Source of the DNA: a virus
Taxonomy: Duplodnaviria > Caudoviricetes
DNA: 24,753 nt
IMG/VR virus record: IMGVR_UViG_3300027278_000044
Span: 1 to 24,753 of that record
Reading direction: 5' to 3' (one strand)
A program made the translations under genes and the position numbers. Shown piece after piece: positions 1-8,157 of this stretch. Each line of letters starts with the position of its first letter. Within the stretch, counting starts at the first letter, position 1. Under the pieces are notes generated by a model. It ran no database searches. It worked only from the letters and a program-made list of their open reading frames with translations, and was not told the DNA's origin.

Positions 1-537
1 ACAGGCGGGGGTGAGGTTTATTCTGTATACGGTGTTTTTGAAACTGGTAGCGGTAGCTTTGGTACTTCAATTGCGTTTCAAACTGGTGACTTTGATATTG
101 AGCGTATGATTTACGGTTCTTTTTCAAATGAAGGTGCTGGTATGGTTAATGCCATGGAAAACTTACAGTACTATGTAATCAACCAATCTGGTATGGAAAT
201 GTCTAGACAGATTCTTGAGAATCCGCTTTCATTCCACTACTCACAACAAACACATGAGCTAAAGTTCACAGGACAGACACCGAAGAAAGGCGTATTCCTA
301 GAAGTTTATGAAACTATTCCGGACTGTGCATTGTTTGCAGATGAAATCTTTTTTAGATATGTTGTTGCTAAGGTTATGGTTGCGTTTGGTCAAAAGCTTG
401 CAATCTTTAGTTACAACCTACCAGGTGGTATTACTATCAATGCCGATATTATCCAGGGTATGGGTCAAGACGAGCTTGATAAGATTATTGAAGAGATTAA
501 ATCGGACGAAGGCACTGATTGGATGATGCACTCATAA
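1..537 (+). CDS. Neck / head-completion protein, T4 gp13-like (5' truncated by window edge)
   Basis: Frame 1 is open from base 1 (TGGGEVYSVYGVFETG...), so the ATG at 106 is probably internal. The C-terminus 'YNLPGGITINADIIQGMGQDELDKIIEEIK' resembles the LPGG(V/I)T-x-(D/N) + helix end of T4 gp13 neck proteins. Confidence 0.7.
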   Translation, partial: TGGGEVYSVYGVFETGSGSFGTSIAFQTGDFDIERMIYGSFSNEGAGMVNAMENLQYYVINQSGMEMSRQILENPLSFHYSQQTHELKFTGQTPKKGVFLEVYETIPDCALFADEIFFRYVVAKVMVAFGQKLAIFSYNLPGGITINADIIQGMGQDELDKIIEEIKSDEGTDWMMHS

Positions 538-541
538 GATG

Positions 542-549
542 AATATATA
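542..549 (+). promoter_or_regulatory. Putative late promoter motif AATATATA (RATATATA)
   Basis: Lies in the 20-nt intergenic gap and ends 8 nt before the ATG at 558. The same motif recurs upstream of other genes. Confidence 0.55.
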
Positions 550-557
550 ATATTACT

Positions 558-914
558 ATGGACTTCTATGTTAAAACAATTGGTGATCCTAATTATGATC
601 CGTATAAAGTACATTCTGAGAGTGAGGTAGCCCAACTCATTGGACAGATTGAGACAACTTTGTTTACAAATAGAGGTGAAGTACTTGGCGAACCTGATTT
701 TGGTTGCAACCTGGAAGACCTAGTTTATTCATTAGGTTATAATGAGGTTCAAATTCAGGGTATTGTCAATGAACAATTTAAACGTTTTGTACCATTGGCT
801 GCAAAATTTAATGTTGAGGTTCTTGTTTCTTTCTATAGAGGTGAGGTCAGAGACATTGCGCAAATAGACGTTACAATTGATAGCAAATATCAAGTTGGTG
901 TCTACATAAATTAA
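558..914 (+). CDS. Baseplate wedge subunit, gp25/GPW-like (sheath initiator)
   Basis: 'IETTLFTNRGEVLGEPDFGCNLEDLVYS' matches the gp25/GPW signature (T..GE....P.FG..L). The size (118 aa) and position directly before a gp6-like gene fit. Confidence 0.88.
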   Translation: MDFYVKTIGDPNYDPYKVHSESEVAQLIGQIETTLFTNRGEVLGEPDFGCNLEDLVYSLGYNEVQIQGIVNEQFKRFVPLAAKFNVEVLVSFYRGEVRDIAQIDVTIDSKYQVGVYIN

Positions 915-926
915 TGAACTAAATAA

Positions 927-2756
927 ATGGCTGAATTTAAATTTTTACAAGCTGCTAGAATCAAGGCATCTGAAATTAAAGAGGACGCAAGACAGTACGT
1001 AAGTAGGGTCTATGGTAGAGCTGGTAATTTATTTACGGCAGCTTCGCCATTTGCGCAAATTATCCAGGTAATGTCTGAATTAACTGAGATGATCTTTTAT
1101 TACATTGAAGATTCAACAGTTGAACAGAATATTATGACTGCTCAACAACCAGAATCAGTTTATGGTCTGGCAAGATTAACTGGACACGATCCATCAAGAG
1201 GTTTTTCATCTATTGGTGAAATACAGATTAGATGGAAACCAGGTACACAAAATGATATTGCAGGAAGTGCTTTATACATTCCAGCCAATAGCCAAATCCG
1301 TTCAGATCTAAACGGTCATGTTTATTTAATGCGTACTTCTTCTGATATTATTTCGTTAAGCAAATCAGAATTTAATTATATTAAAATACCTATTATTCAA
1401 GGTCAAATTGAAAATCAAACAGTCACGGGTACTGGTGAAGCTTTTCAAACTTTCAATATCCAGACTGGTGGACCTACAGCACACGACCAGGTAAAGGTTG
1501 CAGTTAACGGTGAATCGTGGACAATTTACAATTCATTATATGACATGAATGCATCCACTCGCGGCGTTATTGTAAAGACTGGTATCTTGGGTGGTATTGA
1601 CCTGTTCTTTGGTAATGGTAACTTTGGTATGATTCCAAATAACGGTGCTCTTATTACTGTTGAATATATTAAGACAAAGGGTGCCGCGGGTAATCTTGGT
1701 GAATCGAAAGATGTGACCTTTAAGTTTGTTGACACTGGCTACGATGGTGTTAAGAACGAATATGACTTAAATGAACTACTTGAAATGCAGGTGACTTCAT
1801 CACCTAAAATGGGTGCGGACGCTGAATCAATTGAATTTACAAAGCTAATTGCGCCAATGCAATCAAAGTCATTTGTACTGGCTACACCGGATAACTACGA
1901 ACACTTCTTGGCTAGATACAATATGTTCTCTTATATAGATGCATACAACTTGACAGATGATCAATACTTAGATGATGACAATGTTATCTACCTATTCCTT
2001 CTACCTGAGGTTGCATCTAAGACAACATCTTCACAGGATTACTTCTCATTGCCTGTTGAAGAATTCTTCTTTATGCCTTCTGAGCTTGATGCGATCCGTA
2101 CGGCTATCGAAACATCTGGCCAGCAAATGGTGACTACAGAAATTAAGTTTGTTGAACCAAAGCAAAAGCTATATGCAATGAACGTTTCTGTAAGACACTT
2201 TGAGGGTTTTGATGAAATTCAACTTATGAATAATATTAGAGCAAAAGTATCTGAGTATCTTCTTAAGATTACAAGAAGAGATAGACTTCCTAAATCGGAT
2301 ATTGTAGCTCTTATTGAAAATATTGATGGTATCGATTCTGTTAACGTACAGTTCCTTTCAAAGTCTCAAGAGGATGCTCTTAGGACTGGTTCATATACAG
2401 TGACTCAGACTACCATCACACCTCAAGCTCCGGTTCTTGAAGATGTTGGTAACGGTAAGAACCGTATCCTATTCTTCAAAAAGACTGTGACGTCTAACAC
2501 GGTTACATTTAATCCATCAAATGGTATTCCAGCTGATGTCAGGGAGTACGTTACGGGTCTTGATGAATTCGGTGACATTATTCTTGATAAAGAAGAAGTT
2601 GCTATGTTCAGAGGTGGATGGCAAGATAGATCTGGTGGTATTGTTGTTGACCAGCCAAAGGTTGGACAAATGGCATCACTGTCTGTTAGCTTCTCGAAGC
2701 CGGTTCCAAGAACTGTATATACAAAAATTCAATCTGCAAATAGAAAATCATTGTAA
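927..2756 (+). CDS. Baseplate wedge protein, T4 gp6 / baseplate J-like
   Basis: N-terminal 'IMTAQQPESVYGLARLTGHDPSRG' (TA....SV..LA...G..P), central 'LFFGNGNFGMIPNNGALITVEYIKTKGAAGN' and 'GADAESIE...LATPDNYE' motifs are typical of gp6/baseplate J. It follows gp25. Confidence 0.85.
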   Translation: MAEFKFLQAARIKASEIKEDARQYVSRVYGRAGNLFTAASPFAQIIQVMSELTEMIFYYIEDSTVEQNIMTAQQPESVYGLARLTGHDPSRGFSSIGEIQIRWKPGTQNDIAGSALYIPANSQIRSDLNGHVYLMRTSSDIISLSKSEFNYIKIPIIQGQIENQTVTGTGEAFQTFNIQTGGPTAHDQVKVAVNGESWTIYNSLYDMNASTRGVIVKTGILGGIDLFFGNGNFGMIPNNGALITVEYIKTKGAAGNLGESKDVTFKFVDTGYDGVKNEYDLNELLEMQVTSSPKMGADAESIEFTKLIAPMQSKSFVLATPDNYEHFLARYNMFSYIDAYNLTDDQYLDDDNVIYLFLLPEVASKTTSSQDYFSLPVEEFFFMPSELDAIRTAIETSGQQMVTTEIKFVEPKQKLYAMNVSVRHFEGFDEIQLMNNIRAKVSEYLLKITRRDRLPKSDIVALIENIDGIDSVNVQFLSKSQEDALRTGSYTVTQTTITPQAPVLEDVGNGKNRILFFKKTVTSNTVTFNPSNGIPADVREYVTGLDEFGDIILDKEEVAMFRGGWQDRSGGIVVDQPKVGQMASLSVSFSKPVPRTVYTKIQSANRKSL

Positions 2757-3025
2757 TGAATTTATACGAAGGTCTTTATAGATATAAGATTATTAAGAAG
2801 TACAGTCTGACTAAGACTATGAATGATCAGCGCAAAAATCAAGGTCGCGATTATTCAAAGAGTATTCTTAGAAATGCGCTATCAAAGCACATTCAAAGAA
2901 ATGACACTCTTACCGACTTTATTTCTTTTATTCAAGACCTGTTTGTAGAAAATATTAAAACTGTTTCAAGACTAAAAGTGTTCAAAGCTTTTAGCGTAAA
3001 TAAGGACGAGTGGAGGGTTAAGTAA
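2756..3025 (+). CDS. Hypothetical 89-aa basic protein, probably baseplate-associated
   Basis: Joined to both neighbours by TAATG stop/start overlaps (2754-2758, 3023-3027), which indicates translational coupling. No recognised motif. Confidence 0.7.
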   Translation: MNLYEGLYRYKIIKKYSLTKTMNDQRKNQGRDYSKSILRNALSKHIQRNDTLTDFISFIQDLFVENIKTVSRLKVFKAFSVNKDEWRVK

Positions 3026-5679
3026 TGCGTTATTCAGGTATTAGATTATTTAATGGTAATGCATCGGAGATTGAATTGGTTTATGATTCTAATGACGGTG
3101 TATTTAAGGGTAGCTTGCACTTAAAGGAGGTATCGACTGGTCTTTATGAAACTGCAACTATTTTCATGCTTGAAGAAGCATACAATCAATATGGCGCGCC
3201 AATTATTGTCAAGCCAATTGGTAGTAATGTAGGTTCTCAGTTTAAGGCAGAATTTATAAATGCCAAGAATACATCTAGAGACATTAATCTTATTACAACA
3301 AACCTAGTTGATGATGAGTTTATTGTGTCTAATGTTGATTCATTATTATTTGAACCACAACCTAGTACACTACCAACAAGTACAACAGACGGCATCCATA
3401 CACTTGGTGATTCATATTCAAAAGAAGCTATTCAGTTTACATTGGCCATCAACTCACAGGATGAAGCTGGTCACTATAGATACCTACGTATTTATGATAC
3501 GGTTGATAACTATCTTATTGCAGAGATTTATGTATATGGTGAAACAGTAGGTGAGGACGAAAGACTTGAAATACTTTTATCAAATTTCGGCGCAACACTT
3601 ACTGCAAAGGACCAATTCCTTTTTAAGGACCATGATATTAATGAGGTTGGTACCGACTGGATGCTAATCAATAGAAAACGTAAGGAGCTTTTATTAGAAT
3701 TATCAAACATTAAACCGTTTGTCGGTACATACAAAGCCCTTATTAATGCTATTAAATTCTTTGGCTATAATAATCTTACGCTTAAAGAATACTGGTTAAT
3801 GATTGATGACCGCTCGCCAATGTTTGGTAAGATGAAAGCGGTTGAAGTGCCATCGGCAACAAATGGTTTTGTTTCTAAACTAAAGCAGGTTGCGCTACCA
3901 TCTTCTTCATACAAAAAGACTTCAAGGTTTGGTTTATTCTATAAGCTTAATACACCTACGGGTTCATTTGATGAATGGGATATGCCAACAGTTGAAGAGG
4001 CATTTGACTTTACACCAGACGAAGTTATTGTAAAGCTATATGGTCTGAAGAATAAGCTTCAGCGTGAATACTTACCACTTCAAGCTAAGATTATCGATAT
4101 TATCGGTGAAGGCGACTTCTACAATCTGTATAATACAAATGTATGGAATAACCAGAATGAAATCACATCTATCAATGCGGGTGTTGAACCTTCTATCAAG
4201 ATCCATCAAGACATTATTTTTATTGAAGATTTAGAAAAAGTTTCAACAATCCTTGAAGGTAAATCACAAGACTTCTCAAAGGTGGATGGTACAGATATGG
4301 CGACACTATATACTGATGTTGAAGCTTTCTATACTGATTACTATAATTTAGATAGAAGTACTTTCAAGGATAGTGGTATTGACCTCAAGATTGGTGCACC
4401 ACTTATGCTTGAGTGCACTTCATTTGCCAATACATGGAATGATGCTGAATTCACATGGGACGATGCTGAATCATTTATTACATGGGACAACTGGTGGAAG
4501 AGAAACGTATATGAATTACGTTGGACTATTACTGGTCCAAAGAACTGGTCTGTTCAAATTGTCGGTTCAATTGATGATTACCTAAAAGTTGCCCTAGCAC
4601 TTCCATATGCTGGTAAGTATTCTATCAAGTTTGAACAGGTTGATTTGTTTAACAATGTAACTGTTCTTAGATACCCAGACGCGGTTGAGGTTAAAATGAA
4701 ATCTATTGAAATTTACGGTATCACTAAGTGGAAAGATGTTGACAATGTTCTTTGGGGTAATTCAACATATAAATGGGAAGATGCCGGTGGTGATTGGGTT
4801 TTCCCACAGCAGAATACAGAAGATGTTGATGCTGAAATTGGTACACTGTACTTAACTCTTGACAGAGCAAACTATTTACATGATGAATCACAGGGTGTTA
4901 ACTTTTCAATGGTTCGTAGATATAAAGACACTGCACAACCTGGAGGTTATGGTGAAACTACTGGACCATACTTTTGGAAAAACCTTTCAAAGCATACATG
5001 GAATGACGGTAAGCACACTTGGTGGGATGCGACTTATGTTGGTATGGACCAAACATCTTCGTTCAAAATCATAAGCGGTGATATCGGTTCTGAACTTAAG
5101 GTTAACTATTTTAATGTAGCTAATAATACGACTTACAGTGGCATTATTACACTACTCGATGATCTAACCGACCCACTAGATACAGCTGCATTTCAAAATA
5201 CTGCAGATCTATTAAATGCTTCAACGGATTACGTGTTATCTAAGTTTAACTATAATCCAATTTTCAAAGCGGGTTCACCTACAATTTGTGAAGGCATTCT
5301 TGTGGTTGGTAAACAGTATTCGCATGTTTATGATTATAGCTCGCTTGAAGTATTGGTTGGTTCAATTCAAATTGAAGACCAGGTTCACTATAAATCATAC
5401 AATCCAACGTACAATGACATCAAAATTATTGATGATCATACAGACTTAGAACTTCTATCACACGTTACTTTCTCGGTTGATAAATCTAAAATACCGGGTA
5501 AGGTCGCTTATTCATGGACTATTCAGAATAACAGTCAAAACGTTGAAGATATATACTACAATAATAAGTGGTTAACATATCTCTTTGAGCATAAGGGTGA
5601 TTACACAATTAAGCTCAAAGTTACTGATGTTAATGGTAACACTAATGAAATAAGCAAAAACGCACTAACAATTAAATAA
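3025..5679 (+). CDS. Baseplate wedge protein, gp7/P2 gpI-like, with Trp-rich repeats and C-terminal PKD/Ig-like domain
   Basis: 'KPFVGTYKALINAIKFFGY' resembles the (K)GT..(A/G)I motif of gp7/gpI-type wedge proteins. The C-terminal 'YSWTI...YLFEHKGDYTIKLKVTDVNGNTN' is PKD-like. Synteny after gp25-gp6 supports this. Confidence 0.6.
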   Translation: MRYSGIRLFNGNASEIELVYDSNDGVFKGSLHLKEVSTGLYETATIFMLEEAYNQYGAPIIVKPIGSNVGSQFKAEFINAKNTSRDINLITTNLVDDEFIVSNVDSLLFEPQPSTLPTSTTDGIHTLGDSYSKEAIQFTLAINSQDEAGHYRYLRIYDTVDNYLIAEIYVYGETVGEDERLEILLSNFGATLTAKDQFLFKDHDINEVGTDWMLINRKRKELLLELSNIKPFVGTYKALINAIKFFGYNNLTLKEYWLMIDDRSPMFGKMKAVEVPSATNGFVSKLKQVALPSSSYKKTSRFGLFYKLNTPTGSFDEWDMPTVEEAFDFTPDEVIVKLYGLKNKLQREYLPLQAKIIDIIGEGDFYNLYNTNVWNNQNEITSINAGVEPSIKIHQDIIFIEDLEKVSTILEGKSQDFSKVDGTDMATLYTDVEAFYTDYYNLDRSTFKDSGIDLKIGAPLMLECTSFANTWNDAEFTWDDAESFITWDNWWKRNVYELRWTITGPKNWSVQIVGSIDDYLKVALALPYAGKYSIKFEQVDLFNNVTVLRYPDAVEVKMKSIEIYGITKWKDVDNVLWGNSTYKWEDAGGDWVFPQQNTEDVDAEIGTLYLTLDRANYLHDESQGVNFSMVRRYKDTAQPGGYGETTGPYFWKNLSKHTWNDGKHTWWDATYVGMDQTSSFKIISGDIGSELKVNYFNVANNTTYSGIITLLDDLTDPLDTAAFQNTADLLNASTDYVLSKFNYNPIFKAGSPTICEGILVVGKQYSHVYDYSSLEVLVGSIQIEDQVHYKSYNPTYNDIKIIDDHTDLELLSHVTFSVDKSKIPGKVAYSWTIQNNSQNVEDIYYNNKWLTYLFEHKGDYTIKLKVTDVNGNTNEISKNALTIK
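4432..4500 (+). repeat. Degenerate intragenic tandem repeat encoding TWND/TWDD units
   Basis: acatggaatgatgctgaat (4432), acatgggacgatgctgaat (4453) and acatgggacaac (4480) encode TWNDAEF-TWDDAESFI-TWDNWW. Confidence 0.6.
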
Positions 5680-5690
5680 AAAAACGTAAA

Positions 5691-6242
5691 ATGGCAATCA
5701 TTTCACTAATTCAGGGTACAGATAGCTTATCAAGTTCTAGAGTAACTTTAAATGATAATTTCACTGCTATTAATGACGAGCTTACATCGGTAACGTCACT
5801 TCTAGACCCAACAACAACAAACCTAACTGGCGTAAATAATATTGAAGCTACTGCGATTTCTGTTGCTGGCGGTGATATTGCACTTGGTGCTTCTGCAGTA
5901 ACTATTGATGTTGCTACTGAGGTTTCTAAACTGCTTACTGCAAGTGCTGGTGTTGTATATGGTTCTGTTGCAGTTTCAACAAGCATGCCAGGTGCTTTGG
6001 GTTATACAAGTTCAACATATGTTGTTGATGGTAACTCAGCGCCTTCTGTAAGCTTGGCACAAGCTGAAGATGGTCAAGAAATTACAATCATTGCAACTAA
6101 TGCAATGGTTACTGTAGACGCTTCGCTTGTTGCTGGTGTTTCTACAATTGAACTTGACCCAGCTGGTACAATTACTCTAAGATATGTTGGTTCAGATTGG
6201 TATGTAATCGCTGCATCACCAATTAATATTAACATCGCTTAA
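5691..6242 (+). CDS. Small virion structural protein (baseplate/fibre-like)
   Basis: Rich in Ala/Ser/Thr/Val with almost no basic residues. The N-terminal 'DSLSSSRVTLNDNFTAIN' resembles the gp9/gp10-type N-terminal motif. The C-terminal 'DGQEITII...GTITLRYVGSDWYV' beta-domain is common in virion proteins. Confidence 0.6.
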   Translation: MAIISLIQGTDSLSSSRVTLNDNFTAINDELTSVTSLLDPTTTNLTGVNNIEATAISVAGGDIALGASAVTIDVATEVSKLLTASAGVVYGSVAVSTSMPGALGYTSSTYVVDGNSAPSVSLAQAEDGQEITIIATNAMVTVDASLVAGVSTIELDPAGTITLRYVGSDWYVIAASPININIA

Positions 6243-6247
6243 TAAAA

Positions 6248-6255
6248 TATAAATA
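6248..6255 (+). promoter_or_regulatory. TATAAATA (T4 late promoter consensus), overlapping AATATATC
   Basis: Exact T4 late -10 consensus in the 18-nt gap before the ATG at 6261. It could be chance in AT-rich sequence. Confidence 0.3.
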
Positions 6256-6260
6256 TATCC

Positions 6261-8156
6261 ATGGCAACACCATTAGTAAGAACCGTGCAAGAGCAGGGTG
6301 GTACAATGTACGCCTTTGCTTCCGCTGCAAGAGATTTAACAAGAGCACAAGGAGATCCAGACTTAAAGTTTGAATTCTCTCAATATGCCCTACTTGATCT
6401 TCCAGAGGTTACTGCTCAGGTTAACGGTCTTAATACAATCGAATTTGAAAGACTTGAGGATGTTGCGGGTAATAACTATGTGCCAAGCCTAGACACTAAC
6501 AGGTCTTGGGCTGAAACACTGCAGAATTATGCATTAAACCTGGAAGAAATCATTAGAAATGATGATGATTTTGATCCAATCCTATATAAATCTGATGCTG
6601 AAAAGATCTTCTTTAAGTATCTACAATCTATTGGTGCGTTTAGATTGAGAACGGCGACTTCTGGTGAAGCCGTTTCTACATTAGGTAGATACACAGAGGA
6701 GGACAATGCAAGTGGCACAGGTAATGATTATGAGCGTATCATTAAATATCTTGGAACTATTGATGTAATCAATGACAAGAATTATGCTGCAAATACATAC
6801 CAGGAAATCTTTATTAATGTACCTTCATCTGTTGGTTATACGCCAGTTGTTCTTTTTGAAAACGATACGTATAATACAACAAGCTTAACACTTACAGCTA
6901 ACACAAAGATTGAAGGTAGAGCTACAACAACACACCCTGAAGTTGGTTTTAGCTTAGATACACTAGTTGATACAAATGGTGAATATGATGTCAACACAAA
7001 TCTAAACCCAGCTGTTGGTATTGATTTTAATGAAAGTAGTTACTATGCTGTTAGCGTTAACTCTTCAATCAATACACTGCATGATTTTTCACAAAAGGGC
7101 GGTAACTTTAAGTTTAATGCTGTTCTAGTTTATTACGATTTATATTCACAATCAAACCCAGGCAATAGAGCTACAAACCTATATGGTATCTTATTGCTTG
7201 ATAACTTTAAGGATAACACGATTAGAGAATTTGTAAAATTCAAGCCAAACTCAATTACTGGTTTGAACGGTAATGCTTATTCACTAAAGCTTAATATCAA
7301 ATACAATACTTCACTTGACAATGTTGGCGTTGAAAATTCTATCAACGATTTTACAACGTTCTCAATGGATCTTTTCTTTGACACTACATCAGTTCTTGAG
7401 AACGCAGCAAAGCTTCTAATGCAGGCAAACAGTAGATATGATGCCATTGCTAATAGACTTGATGTTATGGAGAATATGGTCCTATCATCTGAGGACGCTG
7501 ATTTGATGAAGCAACAAATTGTTACTTTACAAACTCAGCTTGAAAATGCGGCACTTAACTTTGCCGATGAGACTTCACTTCTACAAATGATTACTGAAAT
7601 CAATAGACGCATCAATCAGATTGTTGATGGTACTATTCCAACAGAAGTGCAATACAATACAAATGTTATTCACGACGGTCTAGGTACTACAGTTGATAAA
7701 TCTGTGCCTAATAAGATTAAGATTAACAATAACGTATACGGATACAAGCTTCTAACTCTATTTGATTGGGACAATCTTACATCTACATCTGGTCTACAGG
7801 TTACTGCATATGATGCATCTAATGCATTAAATAAAGGTATCTTTGCAAGACTTAAGCCATTTGAGAATATGATGAGAGTTAATATTAAGAGTGGTGGAAG
7901 CGTGGCAAATAATGATGTTAATATATACATTGATGATAGCACTGCATCATGGAAAGATGGTCAAACACTAAAGCTAGTTTTTGATAACATTATTGAAATG
8001 AACGGTTACAACATCAACATTTATACAGACAAGAAAAATGGTTGGTCACAAGTTGCTCAAATTGTAAATGGCGATTTGAGAAATGGCAAACCTTATATTG
8101 AGATTGTTTGTACAAATCAAGCAACACTAACGTTTGTAGCAGACGTACTAAGATAA
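6261..8156 (+). CDS. Large hypothetical virion structural protein (631 aa) with central coiled coil
   Basis: Long ORF inside the baseplate cluster. It has a heptad-like helix 'LENAAKLLMQ...QQIVTLQTQLENA' between beta-rich domains. No family recognised. Confidence 0.6.
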   Translation: MATPLVRTVQEQGGTMYAFASAARDLTRAQGDPDLKFEFSQYALLDLPEVTAQVNGLNTIEFERLEDVAGNNYVPSLDTNRSWAETLQNYALNLEEIIRNDDDFDPILYKSDAEKIFFKYLQSIGAFRLRTATSGEAVSTLGRYTEEDNASGTGNDYERIIKYLGTIDVINDKNYAANTYQEIFINVPSSVGYTPVVLFENDTYNTTSLTLTANTKIEGRATTTHPEVGFSLDTLVDTNGEYDVNTNLNPAVGIDFNESSYYAVSVNSSINTLHDFSQKGGNFKFNAVLVYYDLYSQSNPGNRATNLYGILLLDNFKDNTIREFVKFKPNSITGLNGNAYSLKLNIKYNTSLDNVGVENSINDFTTFSMDLFFDTTSVLENAAKLLMQANSRYDAIANRLDVMENMVLSSEDADLMKQQIVTLQTQLENAALNFADETSLLQMITEINRRINQIVDGTIPTEVQYNTNVIHDGLGTTVDKSVPNKIKINNNVYGYKLLTLFDWDNLTSTSGLQVTAYDASNALNKGIFARLKPFENMMRVNIKSGGSVANNDVNIYIDDSTASWKDGQTLKLVFDNIIEMNGYNINIYTDKKNGWSQVAQIVNGDLRNGKPYIEIVCTNQATLTFVADVLR

Positions 8157-8157
8157 G

